Shown in pieces: positions 18,964-28,779 of a stretch of DNA of 64,000 nucleotides. A model generated the notes under the pieces. That model ran no database searches and was not told the origin of the DNA. It worked only from the letters and a program-made list of their open reading frames with translations. The translations under genes were made by a program, and so were the position numbers. The stretch spans positions 1 to 64,000 of IMG/VR virus record IMGVR_UViG_3300008262_000018; one strand, given 5' to 3'. How positions within the stretch are numbered: the first letter of the stretch is position 1; every line of letters begins with the position of its first letter. This DNA comes from a virus.

Positions 18964-19665
18964 ATGAATAACAATCTTCTACAAATAAAAATTAAACAGC
19001 GTCTTAATAAACTTGCTTCATTTGATTATGATAATATAGAATGTTGGCAAATACAAGAAGCTGTTAATAAAGCTCAATTGGAGTGGATACGTAGACAGAT
19101 TTATGGTATAAATACTAGAAAAGAAGGATCTGAACAATCTACAGGTCTTGTGGATGACTTACAAGTTCTTTTAAAAAGTAAAAAAGTTGACCCTGTTGAT
19201 AAAAAGTATTTTTATGAAGGCGAACTTCCTGATGATTATTTATACTATGTACGTGTAGATGCGTTTGCTACAAAAGATTGTTGTACAGATAAGAGAAGAA
19301 TGGTTATATATCAAACAGAAGAAGCAAACATGGGCATTCTTCTTACAAGTGATACAAAAGGCCCTAGTTTTGAATGGGGAGAAACATTAGCTACACTTGT
19401 AGGAAATACAGTGAGAGTGTACACAAATGATGAATTTGAAATTACAGATTTTACACTTACATATTTTAGAAAACCTGTAGAAGTTCTTTTTAAAGATTGT
19501 ATAAATCCAAGCACAGGTACTATTAATTTAGCAGATCAAGAATGCGAATTAAAAGACGATATTGCTGAGATTATTGTTGATCAAGCAGCTACCATTCTTG
19601 CTGGAGATATAGAATCAATAACACAATATCAAAGAGGACAGCAAAATGTCCAATTAAATAGTTAA
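18964..19665 (+). CDS. Putative tail ring/neck protein
   Basis: Y.RKP...ELKDDIAEIIVDQAA C-terminus typical of crAss ring/adaptor proteins; synteny. Confidence 0.6.
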   Translation: MNNNLLQIKIKQRLNKLASFDYDNIECWQIQEAVNKAQLEWIRRQIYGINTRKEGSEQSTGLVDDLQVLLKSKKVDPVDKKYFYEGELPDDYLYYVRVDAFATKDCCTDKRRMVIYQTEEANMGILLTSDTKGPSFEWGETLATLVGNTVRVYTNDEFEITDFTLTYFRKPVEVLFKDCINPSTGTINLADQECELKDDIAEIIVDQAATILAGDIESITQYQRGQQNVQLNS

Positions 19666-19667
19666 TC

Positions 19668-20270
19668 ATGGCCATACAAAAAATACCCAGACCTACTATT
19701 TTTAGTACAAAAGGATCTGAAGCAACTGCAGCTCCTATTAAAACAGGAATTAAAACACCTCCTACAAAAGGTAAAAATCCTTTAATCGATGAGTCTTGTA
19801 TTAGTTTTTTGAATTATCGTGTACAACAAGAAGATCAATCTTCTCGCATTTATTTAGCAATGTCTCTTTGGTTAGACAATGCTGGTTATGTAAATGCAGC
19901 TAAACTTTGGAAAAAGTATTCAGATGAAGAAAGAGGACATGCTGACATCGCGCGTGAGTATCTCTTAAACATGGGGGTACAACCTGCTACAGCATCTCTT
20001 GAACAACCTGCTGAAACATTTGGTGGTCTTCCTGATATTATTAGACAATCTTTTGACCATGAGATTCAAATTACAAATCAATGTAGTGATCTTGCTAATC
20101 ATGCTCTTAAAGATGGTTCACATATGTTATATGAACTAGCTCTTCATTATCTTAGAGAGCAAAATGAAGAACATGGTAAAATGCAAAATTGGGTAGATCA
20201 ACTTAATGCATTTGGAGAAGATAAGATAGCAATGCGTCTCCTTGACCATGAAATAAAAGATTATTTGTAA
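19668..20270 (+). CDS. Ferritin-like protein with basic N-terminal extension
   Basis: E..SSRIYLAM, EERGHA, HE..IT, EQNEE ferroxidase pattern. Confidence 0.88.
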   Translation: MAIQKIPRPTIFSTKGSEATAAPIKTGIKTPPTKGKNPLIDESCISFLNYRVQQEDQSSRIYLAMSLWLDNAGYVNAAKLWKKYSDEERGHADIAREYLLNMGVQPATASLEQPAETFGGLPDIIRQSFDHEIQITNQCSDLANHALKDGSHMLYELALHYLREQNEEHGKMQNWVDQLNAFGEDKIAMRLLDHEIKDYL

Positions 20271-20301
20271 AATTTAGAAATAATTAGTATATTATATTAT
20301 A
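20264..20301 (+). promoter_or_regulatory. Late-type promoter
   Basis: TTTG 20264-20267, N20, TATATTAT at 20288. Confidence 0.6.
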
Positions 20302-20341
20302 AACTTATTTTTTATTTATAAACCCTTAAAATTTAAAAACA

Positions 20342-21745
20342 ATGTATTTTAATCACGCGTTTCGAAAATCGTTTCTAGCAGCAACTGATGGATCTGTAAT
20401 TGATCAACTTACTTCTGGATCAACTAATGATCTTGATCCTGGTCAAATTGGTTTGTTTGATGCAAACACCTACCAAGCATTTAGTGGCACTAACAATGGT
20501 AAACCTTTCATCCTTGCTCAAGGTTCTTATTTTACAAAAGATAAGATTGGACCTTACCATGGTGGTTATCAAGAGTCAGTAAAATCTAAAGTGATCAACC
20601 CTAAGTATATCTCTAAGGTGTTCCTCACTTGTTCTACTCCTCCTGTAAACCAAGTTAAAGACATTGAGATTGGTAAAATTGAGTGTGGTAAGACTTATCG
20701 TCTTCGTATTGACCTTAAAGGTTCTCCTGCACTTCGTTTCTTGTCTCATAATATCTATCGTACTCTTGATGCATTTTCAGGATGTTGCACAGATGATTGT
20801 ACAGCTGTATGTACTGGTGCTATTGTAGATCCTACAATTGTAGCAATTCAGTGGGCTAAACAATCTATTGAAAATCCTATTCTTACTAATTTCTTGAAAG
20901 TTAGTGTTAGTGATTCAAATAGTGATTTAGTTGGTTCTTATGATCCTGAGTATACAGGTGGAGATCCTCTTATTCAAAATACTGTATCTGGATTTGTTGC
21001 GCTTGTTGATCAATATACTGCTGATACAGAAACTGATTTTAATGATTGCGATCTTAAAGCTAAAGTAACATTTGAGGTTGCTTATCTTGAAACTAAATTT
21101 GGATATTGTACTTTCACTCCTACTGATTTCTATGAACTTCAACCTCTGCAGCTTTATGCTTCTGTAGTTGATGAATCTGGAGATGCTTGTAATGTACAAT
21201 GTGTTAGCATCACTGGTACTTGGAACAATGGTGTTTACACTCCTGATGTTCAAGAACCTACACAAGCTCAAGGTGTTGGAGAAACTGTTCTTCGTAACTT
21301 GATCCTTGATGGTCGCTATCGTCAAGAAGCATATCCTGATAGTACTCGCGTAGAGCATTTAAGGATGAGAGAGATTGAAGCAAACCCTATTTTAGAACAA
21401 GTAGATCGTAATGGTTTCTTCAATAGCATTAACATTCTTCATAGTGTTCCTCGTTTTAACAACCCTACTGGTACATTTGATAATGATCAATATTTGTTGA
21501 CTATTTATGTTGAAGAAGGAGTTACTGCTAGTAATTTAATTAGTCAACTTGAAAACATTATTGATAGTTGTTGCGTAAATCTTGAAATTGAATACTATTG
21601 TGCTGGCAATGAAGTTCCTGCTGTTCCTGCTGGTCCTCTTGGAGATGGTGCATATCCTAATTATGGAAATTGCGCTTGTTCTTTGGTTAGTGTAGTTGTT
21701 CCTGCAACACCAAACACAGAAACAACAACTCAAGCTCAAGGATAA
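20342..21745 (+). CDS. Abundant structural protein (putative auxiliary capsid protein)
   Basis: 467 aa; own promoter and terminator; MCP-like codon bias; Cys-rich with Thr-rich tail. Confidence 0.65.
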   Translation: MYFNHAFRKSFLAATDGSVIDQLTSGSTNDLDPGQIGLFDANTYQAFSGTNNGKPFILAQGSYFTKDKIGPYHGGYQESVKSKVINPKYISKVFLTCSTPPVNQVKDIEIGKIECGKTYRLRIDLKGSPALRFLSHNIYRTLDAFSGCCTDDCTAVCTGAIVDPTIVAIQWAKQSIENPILTNFLKVSVSDSNSDLVGSYDPEYTGGDPLIQNTVSGFVALVDQYTADTETDFNDCDLKAKVTFEVAYLETKFGYCTFTPTDFYELQPLQLYASVVDESGDACNVQCVSITGTWNNGVYTPDVQEPTQAQGVGETVLRNLILDGRYRQEAYPDSTRVEHLRMREIEANPILEQVDRNGFFNSINILHSVPRFNNPTGTFDNDQYLLTIYVEEGVTASNLISQLENIIDSCCVNLEIEYYCAGNEVPAVPAGPLGDGAYPNYGNCACSLVSVVVPATPNTETTTQAQG

Positions 21746-21764
21746 TAAAACAATCCTTAATAAT

Positions 21765-21805
21765 AAAAAGGGGAGGACAAAAAGTCCCTCCCCTTTTTTC
21801 TTTTG
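21765..21805 (+). terminator. Intrinsic terminator
   Basis: AAAAAGGGGAGGAC-AAAAA-GTCCCTCCCCTTTTTT. Confidence 0.85.
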
Positions 21806-21838
21806 GTAAACTCTCTAAAAATTTGTATATTTTTATTG
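21802..21838 (+). promoter_or_regulatory. Late-type promoter
   Basis: TTTG 21802-21805, N20, TATATTTT at 21826. Confidence 0.55.
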
Positions 21839-21878
21839 GGGACATCTATTTAATTTTGTAAAAGATAAAAAGAAAACA

Positions 21879-22436
21879 ATGGCTGCTAAACATCAATTAA
21901 GCTTAGAAGTACTTGATGTAAAAAATTTAGGTATTCTTAAAATTACAGACACAAGTGTATATACAGACAAGATTGATGTAGATTGTGAAGTTTTGCACAT
22001 TACTGTCCCTGGATTTAACTCACCTGTTGCAATAGAAGTTGTTAAGGGTTTTGATCTTGTACTAACTGCTTGTGATCTATATGTACAAACAACAAATTGT
22101 GGGGAAACTCTTCAAAATCTTCCTGATGGTGTTTATACAATTAGATATTCAGTAAGTCCTAATGATAAAGTGTATGTTGAATACACACATTTACGTGCAA
22201 CATCTTTATTAGATCAGTGGTATAAACAACTTTGTCAACTAGAATTGGCAGCTTGTGAACCTAATGCAGATGTTAAAGAATCACTAAAAGAGTTAAGGCT
22301 TATTAAATCTTTTATAGATGCAGCAGAAGCTAAAGTAGAATATTGTCATGATACAACAGCTGGCATGGATTTATATAATTATGCTAAACGTAGGCTTGAT
22401 AAATTTCCAGATACTTGTTGCAATTCTTGTAAGTAA
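21879..22436 (+). CDS. Putative tail hub/structural protein
   Basis: ITDTSVY...LPDGVYTIRYSV Ig-like half plus helical C-terminus; synteny. Confidence 0.6.
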   Translation: MAAKHQLSLEVLDVKNLGILKITDTSVYTDKIDVDCEVLHITVPGFNSPVAIEVVKGFDLVLTACDLYVQTTNCGETLQNLPDGVYTIRYSVSPNDKVYVEYTHLRATSLLDQWYKQLCQLELAACEPNADVKESLKELRLIKSFIDAAEAKVEYCHDTTAGMDLYNYAKRRLDKFPDTCCNSCK

Positions 22437-22452
22437 TTAAAAACCAACATAT

Positions 22453-22620
22453 ATGCAAAAGTGTTTAAACTGCGATTCACAAATTACTTGTGGGTGCCAA
22501 AGGCGTCATGCTACAGATGGTAAACTGGTTTGTACAAAATGCCTTGCTGATTATGAAAAAAAATTAGCAGAGTCAAAACAAGAAGCTCCTAAACCTGAAG
22601 AAGATAAAAAAGATACATAA
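22453..22620 (+). CDS. Small Cys-rich protein (55 aa, not in ORF track)
   Basis: MQKCLNCDSQITCGCQRRHATDGKLVCTKC...; TAAAAACCAAC leader; TAATG coupling. Confidence 0.75.
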   Translation: MQKCLNCDSQITCGCQRRHATDGKLVCTKCLADYEKKLAESKQEAPKPEEDKKDT

Positions 22621-23504
22621 TGTATTGTAATACAGATACTAAACCTTGTAGAGATCTATCAGAAAAACAGATAGATATTTATAAACAATTTGGCGACACT
22701 ACCTATCAACTAATGGTGGAAATGAAATATGGTTTGGAATCTTGTAAAAAAACAAGAGATTGGGATCTTCTTGATATGCGTAAAACTCTTGTAGATTGGC
22801 AAACTTTAGAAGATGATTACAATAAATCTGAAGTTAATTTAGGTCTTGGTCGCGTGTACGCGCGCGATGATAGAGATAATAACTATCTTATTGAAAACAG
22901 TAGTATATATTCTAATAGTAGACAAATTACATCTCGCTATTGGGATGATGAGCAGTGGTGGGGTAATCAAGGATCTACATCAGAATGTGTAGCTTATTCT
23001 TGGGTTCATTGGTTAGAAGATGGTCCTGTGTATCAACCAAATACCCCACATCCTATTTTACAACCTAATCCTATTTACAGAGAAGCTCAAAAAATTGATG
23101 AATGGCCAGGTGAAAACTATAATGGTACTTCAGTGAGAGCTGGAGCTAAAGTTTTACAATCATTAGGATTTATACAAAACTACTTATGGACTACTGATAT
23201 TAATGTATTAATTAATACAGTTTTAAATACAGGTCCTGTTGTAGTTGGAACAGTATGGTATAGGAATATGTTTTTTCCTAATAAAACAACAGGTATTATT
23301 TCTGCATCAGGACGTTTTGCTGGAGGGCATGCATATGTAATAAATGGTGTAGACACTAAACGTAGATTATTTAGAATAAAGAATAGTTGGGGGAGAAGTT
23401 GGGGATTACAAGGTAGAGCCTTTATATCTTTTAACGACATGGCTAAATTAATAAGAATGCAAGGTGAAGTGTGTTTAGCTACAGAAAAAATTAAAACTCC
23501 GTAA
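22620..23504 (+). CDS. Papain-like (C1) cysteine peptidase with a distinct N-terminal helical domain
   Basis: NQGSTSECVAYS, GGHAYVINGVD, IKNSWGRSWG catalytic Q-C-H-N set. Confidence 0.85.
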   Translation: MYCNTDTKPCRDLSEKQIDIYKQFGDTTYQLMVEMKYGLESCKKTRDWDLLDMRKTLVDWQTLEDDYNKSEVNLGLGRVYARDDRDNNYLIENSSIYSNSRQITSRYWDDEQWWGNQGSTSECVAYSWVHWLEDGPVYQPNTPHPILQPNPIYREAQKIDEWPGENYNGTSVRAGAKVLQSLGFIQNYLWTTDINVLINTVLNTGPVVVGTVWYRNMFFPNKTTGIISASGRFAGGHAYVINGVDTKRRLFRIKNSWGRSWGLQGRAFISFNDMAKLIRMQGEVCLATEKIKTP

Positions 23505-23507
23505 ACT

Positions 23508-24443
23508 ATGAAACTTACAAATACGTTAGTTATCATTTTTGCAATACTTTGCATTTTACTTTCTTATTGTACAAAAGAACATTTTGAAGAAAATACAAAA
23601 CTTCCTTTAGATTTCAAACCACAATCGTGTGATTTTTTAAACGGAAATTATAATGTGGTAGGTAGAATGTTACCAGAAGAACAAGTAATTGCTTTTAGAA
23701 GAGGGAGCAAAATAAAAGATACAGATAGAGATGGAATAACTGATACGCAAGATAATTGCTCTGTAACATTTAATCCAGATCAATTAGACTCTGATAAAGA
23801 TGGTCTAGGAGATGCTTGTGATGCTACACCTTTTGCTCCTCCTCCTGCATTTGGACCATGGGTGATATTTTTAGATTTTGATGGGCACACCGTTAATACA
23901 CCTTATTGGAATGGTGGTGTAGCATTTTATGCAACACCTTCTGGTCTTAGCTCAACAGAAATCAATAATATTGTAGATTCTGTAAGAAAAGATTTTGAGC
24001 AATTTGCTCCTATAGCTATCACCACAGATTCAACTGTTTACAATGCTGCTTCTTTAGTGAGAAGACAGAGGGTTATAATTACAGAATTTAATGAGTGGTA
24101 TGGAAGTGTAGGTGGTATAGCTTATATTGAATCTATGACATGGGGGTTAGAAGTTCCTTGTTTTGTATTTAGCAAAGCTCTTGCCTATAAACAAAAACCA
24201 ATTGCTGAAGCTATTTCTCATGAATCAGGACACACTTTAGGATTATATCACCAATCAAGGTGTGATGGAGCTACATTCATATCAGAATACAATCCTGGGT
24301 TTGGTACAGGTTCTACATCAAGAGCACCTATTATGGGTAGTTCTAATGCAAGAATAGGATATTGGTGGATTGGTCCTAACTCATTTGGATGTTCAACTAT
24401 CCAAAATGACAGTTTAATAATTAGACAAAAAGTTGGATTTTAG
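23508..24443 (+). CDS. Exported metzincin metalloprotease with thrombospondin type-3 repeats
   Basis: Signal/lipobox-like ...LLSYC; DTDRDGITDTQDNC..NPDQLDSDKDGLGDACD; HESGHTLGLYH plus Met-turn IMG. Confidence 0.85.
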   Translation: MKLTNTLVIIFAILCILLSYCTKEHFEENTKLPLDFKPQSCDFLNGNYNVVGRMLPEEQVIAFRRGSKIKDTDRDGITDTQDNCSVTFNPDQLDSDKDGLGDACDATPFAPPPAFGPWVIFLDFDGHTVNTPYWNGGVAFYATPSGLSSTEINNIVDSVRKDFEQFAPIAITTDSTVYNAASLVRRQRVIITEFNEWYGSVGGIAYIESMTWGLEVPCFVFSKALAYKQKPIAEAISHESGHTLGLYHQSRCDGATFISEYNPGFGTGSTSRAPIMGSSNARIGYWWIGPNSFGCSTIQNDSLIIRQKVGF

Positions 24444-24445
24444 AC

Positions 24446-24483
24446 TTTGAAAAGTTAATAAAATTGCGTAAATTATATTGTAT
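24446..24483 (+). promoter_or_regulatory. Late-type promoter for the Cys/Thr-rich cluster
   Basis: TTTG 24446-24449, N19, TAAATTAT at 24469. Confidence 0.55.
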
Positions 24484-24490
24484 AATCTAG

Positions 24491-24820
24491 ATGAAAAATA
24501 GTTGTAATAAATGTGAAAGTTGTTCTTCGTATGTTATACCTGGCACACCATGTGTTTCATGTTCAGGTACAGCATGTCAAGAAATTTATTACAGCAGTTG
24601 TGTAATTTATACGGGAGATTGTTTAAGTTGTTATGGAATAGAAGCAGGTGAAAATTTAACAGCGGTTATTGACAAATTACTAGATCTTATTTATGGGGAT
24701 TGTACACCTTCATCTACAACCACAAGTACGACAACTATTTCTCCTACAACAACAAGTACAACGATACAACCAACAACCACTACAACAACATTATTTTCAA
24801 TATGTGACGATTGTCATTAA
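24491..24820 (+). CDS. Cys-rich, poly-Thr protein (family A: SxCV.Y.G...C..I..G..L..VI)
   Basis: SSCVIYTGDCLSCYGIEAGENLTAVIDKL; long T/S tract. Confidence 0.75.
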   Translation: MKNSCNKCESCSSYVIPGTPCVSCSGTACQEIYYSSCVIYTGDCLSCYGIEAGENLTAVIDKLLDLIYGDCTPSSTTTSTTTISPTTTSTTIQPTTTTTTLFSICDDCH

Positions 24821-24850
24821 AATTTTTTATAAAACTTAAAACTTAAAATT

Positions 24851-25600
24851 ATGCTTTGCGCTACTCCTTCTACAACTGCATGTGTTCCATGTATTCATCC
24901 TTTTGAATATCTATTTGAATTAGCTTATGTTGCAACAACTGGTACTAATAATACAACAGGTCTTGATGAAGCAATGGATAGAATATTAGATAAAGGAATA
25001 AGTATTCCAACTTGTAAATTATGCTGTCCTGATTGCGATGGTGTTTATTCTTTATCTTCTGTTGAAACATTTTTAAAATTAATAGAAGCCCTAATAACTT
25101 GGCCAGATTTTTATAATCAAGATAATAATTGTTGCACTAATACATATGCTTCAACTGAAACATTTTTAAAATTACAAGAATTTCAAGATTTTAATCCAGA
25201 ATATACTATTGCACAATGTTGCAATGGATTTAACGAATGTAAAGATGAATTAATATGTTGGATTACAGAAACTGCAAGAAATTCTTCAGTTGTAATTGAT
25301 AGACTACAAGATAAAGGTTTAGTTGAGTATGGTGCAATACAAAATAATTGCACAGGTGCTGTTTCTAGTAGTATTTGTAAATTTGTTGATCTTTTAGAAA
25401 AATATGAAAATGTTTCTACAGCAGAATCAAGATCTGAATTTATTGATAGACTTTTAGACAAAGGAATAACAATATCTTGTTTTGAGGGAGAAACACATAT
25501 GGCGAGCACTGAAACTTGGCTAAAATATGGTGAAGCTATAAATGGAGGTGGTGCTGTTCCTGCTCTTGGTGAAACAACTACTACTACAACTGTTGCATAA
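24851..25600 (+). CDS. Cys-rich paralog family B, copy 1
   Basis: CIHPFEYLF, three [IL]LDKG-type repeats, CCPDC, ETFL repeats; C-terminal TTTTTT. Confidence 0.75.
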   Translation: MLCATPSTTACVPCIHPFEYLFELAYVATTGTNNTTGLDEAMDRILDKGISIPTCKLCCPDCDGVYSLSSVETFLKLIEALITWPDFYNQDNNCCTNTYASTETFLKLQEFQDFNPEYTIAQCCNGFNECKDELICWITETARNSSVVIDRLQDKGLVEYGAIQNNCTGAVSSSICKFVDLLEKYENVSTAESRSEFIDRLLDKGITISCFEGETHMASTETWLKYGEAINGGGAVPALGETTTTTTVA

Positions 25601-25625
25601 TAAATACATTAAAGAATAAAACACA

Positions 25626-26303
25626 ATGCAGTGTTCAACACCAATTATAGAACCGTGTGTACCTTGTAAGCATCCTTTAGAATATCTTTTTGAGAATGCT
25701 TATAAGGCTACACTTGGTTTAGAAAATAAAGTTTCATTTATTGAATCTTTATTTGCAATTTTAGATGTAGGATTGTTTGTAACAAATTGTAATATATGTT
25801 GTCCAAGTTGTACAGGTACATATATTTTAACAAACGTAGAAACATTTTTACTATACTCAGAAAATGTTCAATTTTTGAACAATGATGAGTGTTGCAAGAA
25901 TTTCTTTTTATCAACTGAAGCATATTTAGTAGTTGGGGAAGCTTATGACGGATTTGAAATATTTAGTAATTCATGTTGTAATACAAGTTTTAATGAATGT
26001 TTAAATAAACTTATTTGTTGGATAAATAAGCCAGAAGGATCTTCTGATAATTTAGATAGAATATTGGATAAAGGAGTTATTGAGTATGATGGATTTTATG
26101 ATAAATGTACAGGTAAACTTACATCTGGTTTGTGTTATATTGCTGAATTTTTGAAGAAAAATTGTGATTTGCGTATTGGTGTAACAAATGCACAATTTTT
26201 AGATTTACTACTAGAAAGAGGTATTGTTGTAGAGTGTAGAGAAAATCAAGTATTTATTGGTTCAGTACAAACTTATTTACAATATGCAGAAGCTGTAGGA
26301 TAA
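25626..26303 (+). CDS. Cys-rich paralog family B, copy 2
   Basis: CKHPLEYLF, ILDVG/ILDKG/LLERG, CCPSC, ETFL. Confidence 0.75.
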   Translation: MQCSTPIIEPCVPCKHPLEYLFENAYKATLGLENKVSFIESLFAILDVGLFVTNCNICCPSCTGTYILTNVETFLLYSENVQFLNNDECCKNFFLSTEAYLVVGEAYDGFEIFSNSCCNTSFNECLNKLICWINKPEGSSDNLDRILDKGVIEYDGFYDKCTGKLTSGLCYIAEFLKKNCDLRIGVTNAQFLDLLLERGIVVECRENQVFIGSVQTYLQYAEAVG

Positions 26304-26314
26304 TATTATATAAA

Positions 26315-27064
26315 ATGTTAGAAAATAATATACATACTAATTCTTGTATAACAACAACTACTACAGATTGTTGCTTTGTAGAATGTACAACTACTACTAC
26401 ACTTCCATGTATAAACCCTATTGATGAACTGTTTAATATAGCTACTATATTTTCTGAAGTTAATGGAGTTAATAAATTAGAAGCATTAGTAAGAGTTTTA
26501 GACGAGGGATTTATATTAAATAGTTGTGGAATGTGTTGTCCTTCATGTACATACATTTTTACAAATGGAAAGGGATATGATAGTATTATTGATGCTATTT
26601 TCCCACCACCAGCACTTTCAGATCAACTCTTGGAAGCAAATGAATCTAATGGTGCAGATGTTGTTTGTTGTGTAAATATATATGGTTCGTATATGAATCT
26701 TCTTCCTCTTTTAAGTAATGATTCTTATAATCTACTATGTTGTAATGAGTTTACAAATTGTGCAGAATCAATATTTGAATATTTTTCTGAAAATAGTTGT
26801 GAAACTTCTGCTCTATTTGAAATAGATGATCTATCTACACTTTTGATAACTATGATAGAGAATGGAATTGTTGAACAAGGTACAATAAATGGAGAATCTC
26901 AAGTGTGTAATATATTTGAATATATGAAAGATTATTTTGAAACTCCATGTTTTTTAGATGAATTTTTTACAATATTAGACAAAGGTATTGTTATAGATTG
27001 TACAGATGGTAGAATGTTTATTTCATCGAATGAAACATATATAAAAAGATTAATTAATATATAA
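26315..27064 (+). CDS. Cys-rich paralog family B, copy 3, with N-terminal poly-Thr
   Basis: CINPIDELF, VLDEG/IENG/ILDKG, CCPSC. Confidence 0.75.
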   Translation: MLENNIHTNSCITTTTTDCCFVECTTTTTLPCINPIDELFNIATIFSEVNGVNKLEALVRVLDEGFILNSCGMCCPSCTYIFTNGKGYDSIIDAIFPPPALSDQLLEANESNGADVVCCVNIYGSYMNLLPLLSNDSYNLLCCNEFTNCAESIFEYFSENSCETSALFEIDDLSTLLITMIENGIVEQGTINGESQVCNIFEYMKDYFETPCFLDEFFTILDKGIVIDCTDGRMFISSNETYIKRLINI

Positions 27065-27066
27065 AT

Positions 27067-27735
27067 ATGAGCTGTTGTTTAAGTCCCATAGAATACTTTA
27101 TAGAATATGTAGATTATTTAAAATCTCAAGATCCTGGTATATTAATGGAAGATATTTTAACCAGTGGTCACATATTTCCAAATACAGTAAATATATGTTG
27201 TCCTGATTATTGCTCAAATGAATATATATTAATAGGTCAAGGAACGCAATCTCTTATTGATTATAACGATTTTGGTCCAGGGTTTGATTTTAGTAATTGT
27301 TGTGTAAATACATATTTTCAATTAAATAATTTTTTAAATATAAGTCAAGTTTATTTAGAAAATTTACCAGCTCCTCCACCTGTAACAACTACATTATATA
27401 ATGAATATAGAGCATGTTGCAATAATAATGATACTGCAAGATGTGTAAAAGAATTACTTGAACATACTAATTCAACAGCATTAAAAGAATGGTTTTATTA
27501 TTTTGATGAAAGTAGTACAACTGGTCTTTTTGAATATAATGTTATAAATGGAAATTTTGGATTTTGTCAGTTAGTAGAAATATTAAAAACAAAAACACCA
27601 GTAATTGCTGAAGAATATATGTTAGCAATATTAACATTAGGATTAGTTGTTTCTTGTAAAAATAATGGAACATTTGTAGGAGGTTTAGAGACTTATACTA
27701 ATACTTATTATCCTGATTCAGGTGGTCCTGATTAA
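27067..27735 (+). CDS. Cys-rich paralog family B, copy 4 (diverged)
   Basis: CLSPIEYFI, ILTSG, CCPDYC, ILTLGLVVSC..GLETY. Confidence 0.7.
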   Translation: MSCCLSPIEYFIEYVDYLKSQDPGILMEDILTSGHIFPNTVNICCPDYCSNEYILIGQGTQSLIDYNDFGPGFDFSNCCVNTYFQLNNFLNISQVYLENLPAPPPVTTTLYNEYRACCNNNDTARCVKELLEHTNSTALKEWFYYFDESSTTGLFEYNVINGNFGFCQLVEILKTKTPVIAEEYMLAILTLGLVVSCKNNGTFVGGLETYTNTYYPDSGGPD

Positions 27736-27777
27736 TCCTTAGTATACCTATTTATATAATAAATTTAAATTTAATAA

Positions 27778-28776
27778 ATGTCTTGCAATAACTGCAATAA
27801 TGATTGTTTAAATAACGAATCTTGCAATTGTAACTGTACAACAACAACAACGTGCAGTTCTGTTGCAGAAAAGCCATGCGTTACAATATGCAGCGATATT
27901 TATGCATCAGAATGTATTATATATGATGGAGAAGACAATGATTGTTTTGGTGTAAAAAAAGGAGATAAAGTAAAAGATATTATTAATAATATTATTATTA
28001 AACTTGCTGGAAATAATTGTAGTTGTGAATATGGAACTGCAACAATAAATTTAATTACAACTACTACTTCTAGCACTAGTACAACTACTACAACTACAGA
28101 ACCTCCGTATAGTTTATGTATTACAATATATGAAGAAAATAATTGTAATTTTGCGCCAAAAGAAATAACAGCTGGATCATTTATAAATGGAAAAGAAACA
28201 TATACGTTTACATATAATTCTATTAATTATATAATTAAATGGTCAATTGTAGATGAAAGATGGGAGTTATTTTTAACAAGTAATTTTGCATTTCCTATAG
28301 CATATTTAGAACAAGATGTATTACATCCTATTGCACCATTAAAAGGTGATTTATCTACGCATCCAGAACTTTCTTGGAAGATGTATGGAATTGATTCAAT
28401 ACTTGTCACAACTAGAACGTGTTGTCCTGAAAATTTGTGTGCTTTGTTTACTGTAGAGGATGGTTCTTTTGAAACTACTATACAATCACCTTACGATACA
28501 ATAGCAAATCTTCCATCACAACCTTTAAATTTAAAACATGCTTATGTAGGGTGTAAAGATTCATTTACTTTTCAAATAAAATGGAACTTATTTACAGGTA
28601 AGTATGAGCTTATTAATAGTAGTGGTAATGTTGTGGGATATACAACAGAAACAAATTTAGAAACCGTTGACTATATAAATTGGATAATTGATCCTCTTTA
28701 TTATGATACTCCTTTTAGAACATTTAAAACAAAGGTGGGTAGTTGTACAACTACTACAACCACAATCATTGATTAA
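27778..28776 (+). CDS. Cys-rich, poly-Thr protein (family A N-terminus) with duplicated beta-rich C-terminal domain
   Basis: SECIIYDG..CFGVKKGD; three Thr tracts; repeated I.W......[WY]EL. Confidence 0.75.
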   Translation: MSCNNCNNDCLNNESCNCNCTTTTTCSSVAEKPCVTICSDIYASECIIYDGEDNDCFGVKKGDKVKDIINNIIIKLAGNNCSCEYGTATINLITTTTSSTSTTTTTTEPPYSLCITIYEENNCNFAPKEITAGSFINGKETYTFTYNSINYIIKWSIVDERWELFLTSNFAFPIAYLEQDVLHPIAPLKGDLSTHPELSWKMYGIDSILVTTRTCCPENLCALFTVEDGSFETTIQSPYDTIANLPSQPLNLKHAYVGCKDSFTFQIKWNLFTGKYELINSSGNVVGYTTETNLETVDYINWIIDPLYYDTPFRTFKTKVGSCTTTTTTIID

Positions 28777-28779
28777 CAA

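Noticed and set aside
15858-22867. Short alternating CG runs (GCGCATGCGCGCATCGCGCAC at ~15860, CGCGTGTACGCGCGCG at ~22850)
   Set aside because: Explained by Ala/Arg/His codons within genes; enrichment cannot be established without k-mer statistics
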